Source of the DNA: Chrysomallon squamiferum
Lineage: Eukaryota > Animalia > Mollusca
Reading direction: 5' to 3'
DNA: 64,000 bases
NCBI GenBank assembly: GCA_012295275.1
Contig: CM022666.1
Coordinates: 7,192,001 to 7,256,000 of the forward strand
Shown here: piece after piece, positions 28,060 to 42,459 of the stretch
How the letters are laid out: each line of letters begins with the position of its first letter
Numbering within the stretch: position 1 is the first letter of the stretch
Translations under genes and position numbers: made by a program
Notes under the pieces: model-generated
What the model was told of the DNA's origin: nothing
What the model saw: the letters and a program-made list of their open reading frames with translations, nothing else
Database searches by the model: none

Positions 28060-28463
28060 TAACAACATCAACAACAACAGCAACAATATAAAAATAATAT
28101 AAAAATAATAACATAATTATAACAACAATATAATAATAATTATAGTAATAATAATAACACAGTAATAATATAAATATAATATAATCATATAATAATAACA
28201 ACAACAACAAAAAACAACAACAATGATAATAATAATTATTAAAAATAATACAATCAGTATACTGATCATTATAATTTAATACTCTATCGTATTTCACTGT
28301 TTTCAACCGTGTAAAATATTTATTTTAACACCACGAGCCTGTTTTATTTTTTATTTTTTTTCTTATTCCTATTCTCGATTTTCTGTCGTGGTTTGAATTA
28401 AAACAAACTCACAGTGAGATTAACAAATCAGAGAGAGAGAGAAAGATCTGGACGCAGAATAAC

Positions 28464-28510
<47 letters not shown>

Positions 28511-28943
28511 ATTATAGAATCAGGTTCACTGCTAATAATGTACACATTTAATCACATTAAAATCAATATATTTAACTTTCAACATCTTGAACTCGCCTTC
28601 CCACCCTCCTATCAGTGGCTGTTATATATTTTTTTGCTGACGTCATCAAGTGTTGAAATTATTCGTCGAGTTTACTTCACGTACCGTAAAACCTCTGCTA
28701 AAACAATGACAGAAATTTAGTGTACTTAACATTACTTGTTTTGCTTTGTTCTTGGGTCTGCTATTAAGTTTGATTTTGCCGTGTTTTGTTTTTAGATATA
28801 TGAAAGTGTAGGCTACATCTATAATTACCCTTAGCAACAGTAATAACAACCATAAATGCAACGACAACACACGTGTTTGTTTGGGGACAGACAATAGCAG
28901 CATCTACAACAACAACAACAATACTAAAAGGAGCAAGATTAGC

Positions 28944-29009
<66 letters not shown>

Positions 29010-29114
29010 CATAAATAAATAAATAAATAAATAAATAAATTTAAGGATAATTACAACGTAACAGGACCTAACATGACAATAATTTATAAAATATAAAGTT
29101 ATTTTATAATTCTA

Positions 29115-29455
29115 TTACACTACTACAACTACTACTATTACCACCACTACCACAACCACATCTGTACAACCATACCACACTAATACCATTATTATTACAA
29201 TTACTTCAACTACTATTACTATTATTATTTGTACTATTACTTCCACTAGTTGTACTGATACATTTACCACTGCTACTACTTCTGTTACTACTACTCTTAC
29301 TACTACTACTACTACAGGAGTTTCTATTATTATTACTACTACTACTACTACTATTACTACTACTACTACTACTACTACTACTACAGCAGTTACTACTACT
29401 ACTAGTACTATTAGAGCAGTTACTACTACTAGTACTATTATTATGACTACTCCAT

Positions 29456-29488
<33 letters not shown>

Positions 29489-29489
29489 A

Positions 29490-29533
<44 letters not shown>

Positions 29534-29534
29534 A

Positions 29535-29566
<32 letters not shown>

Positions 29567-29615
29567 AACTACTACTACTACTACTACTACTACTAATAAT
29601 AATAATAATAATAAT
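29115..29615. repeat. Degenerate-to-perfect (TAC)n tract
   Basis: Direct reading of the sequence. Confidence 0.93.
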
Positions 29616-30347
29616 AAAGAGAAAAACAGGAAATAGTGAGCCAGACTTGCGGAGGAAAATGTTTTGAAACATAATTCGTATCACGTGACCTTTATTTTAT
29701 ATCGTCACGTTCATGCAGCTTTGGTTAAGTTTTATTTATTCTTTTTACACCGAAGCGTTGAATAAATGAATTAAATTAAAAATTTAAAAAAAAAGAAAAA
29801 AAAAAAAAAGAAGTCAAAAACGAAGAAAAAATTTGAACAAAAGATAAACGTGGAACCATTGACATCAGTGCACATTTAAGACAAAAATTATATTTAAAGA
29901 TCTTTTTCTTATAAAATAAATAAAAGAAAGAAGATTTCTTCTTGGACTGAAACATGGTATTTGTGAATGGACGGTCGTCACGTTTTGTTGCCGATAGCTG
30001 CAATTCCTTTCTGAAAAATCGCAAATAAAAGGATCGTACGTTTATAAACATCATCATTAATTTAAATACCGTCTATAAAAAAAATAAATTAAATACATTT
30101 TTTTGTAAAAATCGAAAATATTGCGTGTGTCAGCGTATTTTATTCGTCTTAAAAAATAAAAAAAAATAAAAAAATTAAAAAAAATTAAAAAAAATTGAAG
30201 AGAATGTTTGGTATCCAAGCATGCCCTGCTGAGTAAAAGAAAATAATAATTACGTTTCGGTTTGAGAACTCATTTCAGAATTTCACGTAGTCCGGATTTC
30301 CAGCCGCGAGAGTCAAACGTTTTGTCTGTTAAAGTGAGTCAGAGGCA

Positions 30348-30582
30348 GCTCACATACTTACACATAAAACTCACATACTTACACATAAAACTCACATACT
30401 TACACATAAAACTCACATACTTACACATAAAACTCACATACACACATAAAACTCACATACTTACACATAAAACTCACATACTTACAAAACATAAAATAAA
30501 ACTCACTCTTCACATAAAACTCACATACACACATAAAAATTTTCATATTTCTCACATAAAACTGTCTCTGTCCCACATAAAA
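30348..30582. repeat. 21-bp minisatellite
   Basis: CTCACATACTTACACATAAAA repeats, near-perfect at the 5' end and decaying toward the 3' end. Explains the LTYLHIK periodic ORF. Confidence 0.9.
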
Positions 30583-31628
30583 CTTTTTAAAACTTCTAGG
30601 CTGTCTGTCTTTTTCTTTCTTTCTGTCTGTCCCTTCTAGGCTGTCTTAAGTCTGTCCCGCTTACTCCAGTTCTAACCCTATTTCTTTCCCTCATTCTTTA
30701 TTCTATATTTCATTGTTTATCTTTATTCATTAAGGAATTGGACTAAGGAAACACAATTGTTGACAATAGAGAGGATTAATTTAATAAATCGTAAAATGTT
30801 CTCTCTCTCTCTCTCTGTCTGTCTCTCTGTCTCTCCCCTTTCCCTTCCTCAATCTCTGACTGTATGTCTTTCTGTCTCTGTCCCTCTGTCTCTCTTATTG
30901 TTTGTCTCTCTGTCTCTGCTTGTCTGTCTGTGTTTTTTCACTCAGTCTTTTTGCCCATCGCAGTCTTTCCTTTCAAAGCCGCACTATTCACACTTCCAGT
31001 TGTAAAGTCAAACGTCGAAGTCAGTAATGTGTTTTTTTCACCGAGGTTAAGAAATTACGAAGGAAAAAGAAAAAGAACAAGAAAAAAAAAATTTGTAAAT
31101 CGATTTTCAGTTATTTCGTGACTTTGTTATTAGCTTTGAAAGCAGACACATTTACTAAAGTTATTCCTGTGTTTACATTCTGCATTAGCTGAAAATATGG
31201 TTATAAAAAGGCTGTGCAATGGTGCGGGTTTTTCTTCTTTTTTTTCTTTTTTTCTAAATGGCAAATGGAAAATCTTTTTTTTTCTTCTAAATTTCTGTGA
31301 GGAGAATAAAATCTGGAAAATTTAAACCATTGTAAATAAATAAATACGTGTTTGTTCAAAGAAGCTTCGTAGAACTATGCATAAGTGTTTGTTAAAATTA
31401 AAATGTGATGTTTCTGTTATAATGATGACATAGTGCAAACACACTGTATCTGCGCCGTACAATATTCTTGTCGACTTCAAGCAACATATCTTGTTTTTCC
31501 AAATTCTCTGAAAAGCTTATAACACGAATTTTGATATCATTATTTTTTGTTTTGTATACATTTTTTTTTTTTCAGTTAGACCTATTTTGACTTTTTTTGT
31601 CGTTTTGGCAGCAGAAAGTCTAGGATAC

Positions 31629-31816
31629 TATATATATATACACACACACACATACATACATACATATATATATGTGTATATATATATATATGTATGTATG
31701 TATGTATATATATATATGTATGTATATGTATGTATATATATATATGTATGTATGTATGTATATATATATATATGTATGTATGTATGTATGTATATATATA
31801 TATGTATGTATGTATG

Positions 31817-31847
<31 letters not shown>

Positions 31848-31890
31848 GTATGTATATATATATGTATGTATGCATGTATGTATGTATATA
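31629..31890. repeat. (TA)n/(TATG)n compound microsatellite
   Basis: Direct reading of the sequence. Confidence 0.93.
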
Positions 31891-32009
31891 CTTTGAAAAA
31901 TATTATAATAGTGTCGATTTCAAAAACTATCTATTAAACAATAAAAAGTGACGCCATAAAACCTTTTTATAAATGTATAATACAAAACAAAAGAGAAGAA
32001 TAAAAATTA

Positions 32010-32069
<60 letters not shown>

Positions 32070-32688
32070 AAAATAAAAATAAATAAAAAAAATAAAAAAA
32101 AAAAAAAATAAAAAAAAAATTAAATTGTCATAATTATAATTAAATTTTCTTTAAATTTTCCATTCGTCGCTAAAATAATAACTGTCACAGAAATTTATAA
32201 ATTTATTTTGTCCTTTGCTGAAACAACCAAATAAAACTAACACATTTCTTCGTAAATTCTTTACTCTTGAATGAATCCTCATAATTTTACGAATCGTAAA
32301 ACATTATTATCTCCATTGAAAGGAATCACATTCGTCCTAGTTTCATCCCCGTCCTCATAAAGACGAAAGAAAAGAATACGTTAGGAACAAATGATGAGAC
32401 GATGAAATAATAAAGACGGAAACGGAAGTAGCCTATTTATTTTGTAAATTACTCCCATTGTCAAAGAGAACCGAATTACCGAGGTACTGAAAATACAGTT
32501 CTTTATTAAATCGTTATACTAGGTTGATTAAATGATCAGTCTTTCTCTGTGTAACAGAGATCTGTCCTATTTTGTTTGCTAAAACTGTCCTATTTTGTTT
32601 TCCTATCTACGAGAAGGTGCATATTAATTTTTCAGTTATTGCTAATCAACAGGAATAGACCTAAATTTTATGACAGTTTTATTTTCTT

Positions 32689-32850
<162 letters not shown>

Positions 32851-33409
32851 CCTAGCAGTTTATTGAAATAGTTATTGAAGTGCCGTTCGTTCTTAGCAAT
32901 TTGATAAGGATTCGTACCCTAATACACACACTAATGATACAGTTAGTTCTAAAAGCCCAATGTCAGTAAAAAACCCAAAGACGACGATGTTAACATTAGC
33001 ACTTTAGCAAATTAACGACGCCGTTGTAGCCATACTTACTTTTAGCTGAGACATCAGATTATTGTTTGTGTTTTTTTTCTGCGTTTTATTGCTGACCTTT
33101 GTTTAATATCTAGTTCATTTGTAGTGTTCATCGATTTGGCTGAGAAAAATGGAGAGAAAAAAAAAAAAAAAAAAAAATTGATAGGAGTAGTTGAAAACAA
33201 ATGGATGAGTTTAATTAATAGCTAATTAAGAAAAGATTCATAGTTGTGTGCGTGTTTGTCTCTGTCTCTGTATGGGTTTGTAATGTATGTATGTCTGTAT
33301 GGATGTATATCCTTATGTGTCTATGTCCCTGTGTTTCCATGTTAGAGAGTGTTTCTATAGATAGAGAGAGTCTGACAGATGGATTAAAAAGAGAGAAAAG
33401 AGACAGTTA

Positions 33410-33638
<229 letters not shown>

Positions 33639-34416
33639 GTTATTAGATGTATGAATGAGTATAATTAGGTGTTTAAGTGAACAAATCAGAGCTGAATGAA
33701 GAGAGAAACAGAGAGTTAGATTACCACACACCCTGTTAGAACGAGAACTACAATCAAATAACCTTTCATTGTTTACCAAGCATCTTCTGTTCCTCAGCAC
33801 CATTGCATTTGTTTTAACCTCCTAAATACGTGAGAAAAATCTAATCATTTTTGTTATTTTTTTTTTTTAGTTTAAGGTTTTTTTTTTTTTTTAATATTAA
33901 TATTATTAATATATATTTTTTTCAACAACAAAAGTAAAACAACGAGTTTTTTTTTTTTTTTTTGCAGTCTTTAGTTTTAATAAACTATCAATAAAAAGTT
34001 TGATAGAAGAGCTCACGAGAATAGGGTTATCACCAATTTAAACCAGCCTGTTATTATATCACTCACACAAATGTATATTGCATACGATTAATCAATAAAT
34101 GTGTCAGTTTCCATAGAAACGAACACTCTGAGATTCTTAAAGGGGCACTTTCGACTTTTCAGGAGTGTAACTAATTCAAAACATAAACCTCCACTGTTTC
34201 TGAATGCAGGCTTACTGAGTACACTTGTAAGGGTAACAGTTTTGCTGTGTTTGCAGAATTTTGCAGTATTTTGCACTATTTTGCACTATTTTGCACCATT
34301 TGTAGTATTTGCGGTACCTGTAAAATTTGTAGTATTTTACAGTATTTTCAGTACAATAAATAAATAAATAAATAAATAAATAAAGCTTATTAATAAGTGT
34401 AGGACCTGCTAAGACC

Positions 34417-34448
34417 AGTATTAATAGTATTAGTAGTATTAGTAGTAT

Positions 34449-34486
<38 letters not shown>

Positions 34487-34499
34487 TAAGTAGTAGTAA

Positions 34500-34556
<57 letters not shown>

Positions 34557-34709
34557 GAGTAGGAGTAGTAATTGTAATATTATTAGTATCAGTATTATTA
34601 TTAGTAGTTCTATTAGTAGCAGTGGTGGTGGCGGTAGTAGTAGTAGTAGTATTAGTACTAGTAATAGTAGTAGTAGTAGTAGGATAGCAGCAGCTGTAGT
34701 AGTAGTAGC

Positions 34710-34749
<40 letters not shown>

Positions 34750-34755
34750 GTAGTA
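34417..34755. repeat. (TAG)n tract
   Basis: Direct reading of the sequence. Confidence 0.93.
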
Positions 34756-35215
34756 AAGTTATAAGTAATAACATTATTAACATGAAAAAAGAATAAGGAC
34801 ACGCTACAGCACTGAACTACTGCAAAGTCTGCTGTGTGTTACAAACCTCTCTGTCTGTCTCTGTCTCTCTCTGTCTCTCTCTGTCTCTGTCTTTGATCTG
34901 TGATCTTCTTGTAGCACACTGAAAATATGAGACCAGCGTTCGCGATTTACAGCCTTGCAGTGACAGAATGCGTGCTTGAAACGTGTAGATCACGTACAGA
35001 TGATATCAGCAAAGTCGTTTTTAAACAGCAGAGAGGATGATCTGAGAACTAGAGGACGTTCCACCAGGCATCAGGTTAATATTATTACATGACTGTAAGT
35101 GCGTGGCTTAAGTACAGTGATCAGAAAGTACAAAGCGAATCCGGATTTAATAACCTTTCTTTATATATATATATATTTGTTTTTAATATATATATATATA
35201 TATAGACCATGTTTT

Positions 35216-35259
<44 letters not shown>

Positions 35260-36705
35260 AATAAATTTAAGAAAAAAAAAAGAATAAAAAAATAAAGCTA
35301 ACTGAGAGATGCATAGTGATAAAAGAAACGGGAGTAATTATTTACGTATTCGTGTATGAAATTACTATTGTTTTCTTTTTACAACTTTGACTATATGTAT
35401 ATGTATATAGATACGTATGTGTGCACGCACGCAGAAAGAAAAACTATACTGAAAAACAGACATATGAACAGACGAATAGACAGAGAGGCAAAAATGGAAA
35501 TAAAATAAAAAAATGAACAGTTTATTCTTCTTTCCATCATCAATTTATCAGTCTGTGTGCGTGACATTCTCTGTCTATCTCATTTATCACTAAGTCTTTT
35601 CTTCCGTCTGTCCATCAGTCTATGCATCCAGCTGTCTTTCTGTCCACCTACTTGCCTGCCTACCTACCTACCTACCTACCTAGCTATTCTTCTATTTCTT
35701 TCTTTCCCCCCTGTCTCCGTTTATACCCATAGCCCGTCGTTTAATTATCAGTAATTTATATTTCCACTGACGCAAAATACATTAGCACTGGCAATGATTT
35801 TCTTTACGTACGTCACATTAACATACAAACTGCCCGTAATGGACGAAGGTTGAGTAGTAAAACAGCGAGAATGCTACTGTCACAACAATTACGACAACGC
35901 TCAGCTAGTTTTAGCTCAAATCTTTAACAGTCTCACCAGGATTCTCTGGCTAACATTGTAGATATTTTCTCTATTTGATTCTAACAGTTCCGTTACTCAT
36001 ACATACTTGTATATGTACACCTGCGTACACACACGTACACACACACACACACACACAAACACTCTCACACACACACTAACACACACAGATACACACACAC
36101 AGATACACACACACAAACACACTCACACAAACACACACACACTCACATACACATACATACATATATAGACATACATACATGATATATATATGTGTGTGTG
36201 TGTTTCTGTGAGTGTGTGTGTATGTGTGTGTGTATTTATATATGTATGTATGTGTAGATATATATATATATATATGTATATATATGTATGTGCATATATG
36301 TATGTGTGTGTATATATATATATATTTATTTATATATATTTATATATGTGACACATATTAATGTATGTATGTATGTATGTATGTATGTCTATGTGTTTGT
36401 GTGTGTGTATATGTGTATGTATGTTTATATGTATATGTTTGCATGTATATATCTATATGTATACCAGTAATGATTTAAAAATCAGTGAGACAGATGAAAT
36501 AATATATTCTTCCACTTAAATGTCAAACAAGCCTGTTCTGGGAACCGATCCCAGAGCTTGCACACTGCTAGGATGTTGAAATAGATGATTTACAAGCACT
36601 GTGTCACGTTACGGAATTCAATAATAACAGTAATAACAAAATAATAAAAATAGTAGTAATAATATTAATAACAATCAACAACCCACCACTGCCAACAACA
36701 ACAAC

Positions 36706-37120
36706 ATTACTACTACTACTACTACTGCTACTACTACTACTGCTACTACTACTACTACTACCACTACTACTGCTACTGCTACTACTACTACTGTTACTAC
36801 TACTACTACTACTGTTACAATACTACTACTACTACTGCTACTACTACTACTACTGTTACTACTACTACTACTACTACTGCTACTACTACTACTACTACTG
36901 CTACTACTACTACTACTACTGCTACTGCTACTATTACTACTGCTACTACAACTACTACTACTATTACTGTTACTGCTACTACTACTACAACTACTACTAC
37001 TACTATTACTGCTACTACTACTACTACAACTACTACTATTACTGTTACTACTACTACTACTACTACAACTACTACTACTGCTATTACTGTTACTGCTACT
37101 ACTGCTACTACTACTGCTAT

Positions 37121-37159
<39 letters not shown>

Positions 37160-37200
37160 AACTACTACTACTGCTGTTACTGCTACTACTACTACTACTC
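36706..37200. repeat. ~500-bp (TAC)n tract with TGC/AAC/TGT variant units
   Basis: Direct reading of the sequence. Confidence 0.95.
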
Positions 37201-37727
37201 TCTACTAAAATTAATCAGTCGAGGTTGGTATCGGAAACGTAGCATCTATCTTGAGGCAGTTTCTGTCGTAATTAGAACCATTACGAATCTGTAGCGATAG
37301 TTTGTTACAAACACAATGTCTCTGTGTGTGTGTCTGTGTGCCTGTGTCTGTGTCTGTGTTCTCTCGCGGTGCTCAAACGAATATTAGCCGGTGTGGAGAG
37401 ACGCTGGGAAGAGCTGGTAATTTACTTGAAGAACGACTCGCGGCACTTCACGGTATTTCGCGGAGAGGGAGACGAGCGCGTTCGAGCGGTCATCGGCGAA
37501 TGCCGGCGAGATAAATGAATGAGAAAGTAAATGGGTTAGCACTTGTTTTAATACGAGTATAATGGTCCAGTGTTTTCCTTACAGAATCTACGCCTCATTA
37601 ATTTGACGCAAATTGATTTCCAAGTACTTCAACGTCTGGCTACTTCGGTCCGGAATAACCGTAGCGTAAAGACATTGTGTATATATATATATCTATAATT
37701 TTTATTTTTAATAACAAGATTCAGTGA

Positions 37728-37795
37728 GGTTTGTTATACCAGTGGCTTGACGTCTGTTACGTTTTGTGTTCGAGTCCCGCTACAGGTTATCTGCC
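37728..37795 (+). mobile_element. tRNA-derived fragment (SINE head or tRNA pseudogene)
   Basis: A-box-like CAGTGGCTTGACG and B-box GTTCGAGTCCC with short spacing. No complete cloverleaf. Confidence 0.35.
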
Positions 37796-39869
37796 AGATA
37801 TAAGGTTTTGTAAGACGATATTTTTTACAGTCTTTGTGTTGTTTTAAAAGCATCGAACATTTTAATATTACACTAGCAAATCATCAACTATTCTCTAAGA
37901 CGTTAATACTATACTAACATTCATTACACTATCTCAGAACATGATCTAAAATGCTACTAACACAATGCTAACTTTTCTCTACACACTGCTACTAACAAAT
38001 TATCTTATACAGTAAACCTATTTTAACAAATTTTTCAAACGTGAACCCTATTTTAACCATCGTAACACATTCTAACACAGAGCACATTCTCTAACATACC
38101 AACAAATTATCTTAACAGTCAAACCTATTTTAACAAATTCTCAAACGCGTTAACACGTTACTGACGCATTCACAAACCTTACACAAACACTAAGAAATCG
38201 TCTAACACACTTTAACATACTAACATTGTATTGTTCTCACAGCCAACTTCGTGGACTGTGCATCTGATACAAAAATTCGTAAACTTTCAGTAAACACGTT
38301 TTCACAAAATCAGAACGATAAATCTACCATTAATACAACTCGATCTTGAAATAGTTTGTCTGGCGAACTCATAATATATCCAGTGCAGGCGTGCATGGAC
38401 AGGTGCCTGCCAGGAGTTACACCCACAATTAATGATTTAATTATCCAGTGTAATATATATATATATATATCTGTCTGAGCTTCTGTAGGATCAGTTGTAG
38501 AAACTCTTGCAATTTATGCCAAGTCTGGAAATTAAGACATCGTACGACTAATTGTTATCAGCAAGCGTAACATTAGAGCCGTTTGAACACAATCCTCACA
38601 TGTCTGATACCATAGATCTTCATTTAGATCTGTCTGTCTGATTATCACTTGTCCATCATCGAAATAATACAGAGCACGGTTTCCTTTTGGAACAATTTGT
38701 TTTTCTCATTCAGGACTTTTTTGTTTGATCCAGACGTTGCTGAAATGTTAACTGATGATATGGAGGTACTGTAGGGTGTTAAATTAACTGCAGTGGTATT
38801 AAATCTGTTTGTGTGTATGTGTGTATGTGTGTGCATATATATATATACATGCATACACACACATATACCTAGTATTAAATAAATTCCTCAAAGTGTTAAA
38901 TAAATATACATTAGTATTAAATAGATCAGTAGTGGTGTTAAATGTATCTGTATTAGTATTAAATGAACTCATAGACAAAGTATTAAAAATTCCCATAACA
39001 GCATAAACGTACCCACAATATTAAATGTACCTGCAGTACTTCTGAACCTACCCCCTAAATGTATCCAGTGGTACTAAACGTAGCAAATGTGATACTAAAG
39101 GTACTCAGTGAAGTAATAATCGTACTCACAGTAATAAACAAAAGAAAAACATTGTACGTATCACAATTATATTAAATAAATAACAGTTGTATTAAATCTG
39201 TCTACAGTAACATCAAACGTATCCTAATTTATATTAATCGTATCACTATAACAAACATATTCTTAGTACTATCAAACGTATTCAGTGTACCAACAATGGT
39301 ATTACGCGCATCCATAGTAATATTAAATGCAGTATCAGCAGATTTAAATTCACCATCTGGGTGAGAGACAGCAGCTAGATTCGATTTAGCTACACGCAGA
39401 CTCAAATCTCTTATATAAAAGGTTAATGACTGGCTGTGATTCAAAGTCAGGTCTCTTACATGACTGCTTACTAAACTAATAAATTAATAAAAAGGAAACT
39501 TTCAAGGATTAAAGTGAAGCATACGGAATATCGTTCCTGACATTTTTTTTCTCTCCAGATAAAACGTTTAACCTAATTAATAACAGACGAACTAGCCTAT
39601 GGACTGGATGATGATAAGTTTGGTTCAAACAACTCACGGTATTAGCAGTGCATCAAGGTCTCGTGTTGTCCGTTCTTGCTGCTTTTAGAGAAGTTACTGC
39701 TGGGTAACTGCAATGGATCTTTAACACGCGCAGTTCACCAGACAGACAAAAAAAAAAAAAAAAAAAAAAAAATAAATAAATAAATAAAAAATTAAAAAAA
39801 TTAGTAGTTATGTGTAGCGATATCATCAGAACACGGGACTGATGTTCAGGTTTGAGCCGTTTCAAACCA

Positions 39870-40060
39870 GATCTTATGTAAGTCTTTAGGAGAAAGCCGC
39901 TATATTATGTTTTTTTTTAGCAGAAACCGATTGTTTTTGTGCACCTTCCCTTAAACAGTAACGCATATGTGACGAAAACTGATAAACTGATGCAAAACTA
40001 GTTGGAACGGGAAATTACCTATTTAGTGCCTCGATAAGAATCGAACCAGCGACCTATCAG
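39870..40060 (-). mobile_element. Second degenerate SINE remnant, same apparent family, reverse orientation
   Basis: The minus strand has a B-box GGTTCGATTC (~40038-40047), then TTCCCGTTCCAACTAG..., GGGAAGGTGCACAAAAACAATC...CTGCTAA and TAGCGGCTTTCTCCT. The motif order is the same as in the 6640 element. Confidence 0.5.
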
Positions 40061-40313
40061 GAGTGACAGATTTCCTTTAAACATTTCCTTTAGCGTTGTT
40101 AGAATTTATATATTTTTTTATTTTTTGTTTTATTATTTTGATTTTGTTTACAGCTACGACAACGCTGTGTACGTGATGAAGTTATAACTCCAATAATTTG
40201 GCGGCGTTAAAATAATTTGTAAAAGTATTATTGTATCAAAACACAATAATGACAGATTGACCAAAATAATAAAATAATAATACTGAAGTTTTATACAGTT
40301 TTGTTGGAATTGG

Positions 40314-40316
<3 letters not shown>

Positions 40317-40344
<28 letters not shown>

Positions 40345-40346
40345 GT

Positions 40347-40381
<35 letters not shown>

Positions 40382-40386
40382 TTTGT

Positions 40387-40441
<55 letters not shown>

Positions 40442-40444
40442 TTT
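40317..40444. repeat. (ATTT)n microsatellite
   Basis: Direct reading of the sequence. Confidence 0.95.
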
Positions 40445-40471
40445 GGTATCGCTGCAGTAACATAGTAACAG

Positions 40472-40505
<34 letters not shown>

Positions 40506-40805
40506 ATAAAATTAATTAACACTATCATTCCATTGATATAAATACATTTCCTACGGACCAGTACTAGGTGTAAAATGATTGGATTACTTTATCACGTGAC
40601 ATCAATGTTATCGTCAGGCTTGTATTCGTATTAAAGGATTCCCAAAGGGTGTAGATTTCTGATTTGAAAATGTTATTGCCTCTAACTCAAGTTTTACGCC
40701 AAACCAGATCTCACAAGAGTTTGGTAATAAAACAGAAACAATATTTTAATTTTCGGTTAGTCATTCTTTGATTACAATGTCGTCATTTCTAGGCCTGCTA
40801 GTTAA

Positions 40806-40840
<35 letters not shown>

Positions 40841-42426
40841 ACAAACAAATAAAAACAGAACTAGATAACAGAAACAACAGCATGGTCATCAACAGCAACT
40901 ATGGTCATCAACAACAGCAACTACTATTAGTGCCAAACAAGTACTACTAAACTATTAGAAAAAAGAAGAAGAAGAAGAAGAAGAAGAAGAAGAAGAAGAA
41001 GAAGAAGAAGAAAAAGAAGAAGAAGAAGAAAGAAAATGCCATACTCAAGGATAACTAAAACGACGTGTTAGACATATCATAATTATTTATTGTTCTGTCA
41101 CTTCTTTTGCAGTCTCCATCAAGGGAGGTAATTCTAAAAAAATAAAAAATAAATCCCAATTACGGTGTTAAATAAACTTGAGAGTATGTTAATTTAAATA
41201 CCATAATATTTTAAACTTTGTGTAGGTATCCACGTTAAAACGTATTGGAATCAAATGTGCGCAGATAATCAACACGACAGGAAGTGAAATTTGAACTAAT
41301 CCCCAAAGAGCCGTTAGTACGGGGGATATTTCATCATGGGCAATCGATAATAATGACACCGGTGAAAGTGTATCGCGTCTGCCAGAATTAGAGTACAAAT
41401 GGCGGAACGTAGAACGCGGCAGAAATTGAAAAAATTTATTATTTTCATTTCGTCATCGGGTTGCTGGACAGCAAAATACCATTCTTGCAATTCTCTTGTC
41501 ACCGGGAATGAACTGGTAGCAAAATTATGGGGAAACATTTTAGAATTAATCCCGCTTTCCATGGATTTAAAATAACGATTTATGGCCCTTGATTGTTTCA
41601 GCGAAATCCTGACCCGTCTAAAGTGGAGTTGAGGTAAATTTAAACAAGATTTAAATTGTGTTTTGTTGGAATCAGATTTCAGAGTTAGGCAAGGCTCGAG
41701 TTTTACTTCGTTTTATTAATTTTAAAACAGAAGGAGAACAAGTTTTCACTTTGCTGTTAAAAAAATAAACTGAATTTTAGGTAAGGGATTGAAAGAAGAT
41801 TATAATACTAATTCTAGTTTTTAATGTTTTAGAATTTATATTTAAACATCATCGTCATCATCTCATACATACTGATAACGTCGTTGTCGTTCTTTTCATC
41901 ATTCCCGCATCATTACCACTACTACTACAGTTATCATCATCACCATCATCATCGTCATTACCGTCATCCCAACATCAGTTTTAATACATGTATTTACCAT
42001 CATCATCGACATTACACCCGCTGTATTGTTTATCCCAACATCAGATTTTAATATTGATGTATGATAATTTAACAAGAAGAACTATACTACAAGCACCCAC
42101 CCACACAAACCCGTCCCCCCCGACTAGTGCAATTTCTCTTTGCGTGATTTAGCGTCATCTACCTACACTTACACGGACGTTACTTCTTCCATACATCATC
42201 AGTCTTGTCTGATCTCCTTTATTTAATACCTGAAATAAAAAAAATAAAAAAAAAAAAAAAAAAAAATAAAAATAAAATGTCGACTTAAAGCAGACGATTA
42301 CTTCTGAAATGCGGGAAGCAACGTGTAATTGAATTCTCAGAATTAAAAAGAGAAAAAAAAAAAAAAAAAAAATACATGAAGAAATAAGATAAATAAGAAT
42401 TAAAGGAAAGAAATTAGATACGAAGT

Positions 42427-42459
<33 letters not shown>

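Noticed and set aside
30262-30639. 125-aa ORF with LTYLHI repeats resembling leucine-rich repeats
   Set aside because: It comes from a 21-bp minisatellite with frame-shifting unit variants, and a 7-aa period is not an LRR.
37728-37795. Possible functional tRNA gene
   Set aside because: Acceptor and anticodon stems cannot be formed convincingly. Kept only as a tRNA-derived fragment.
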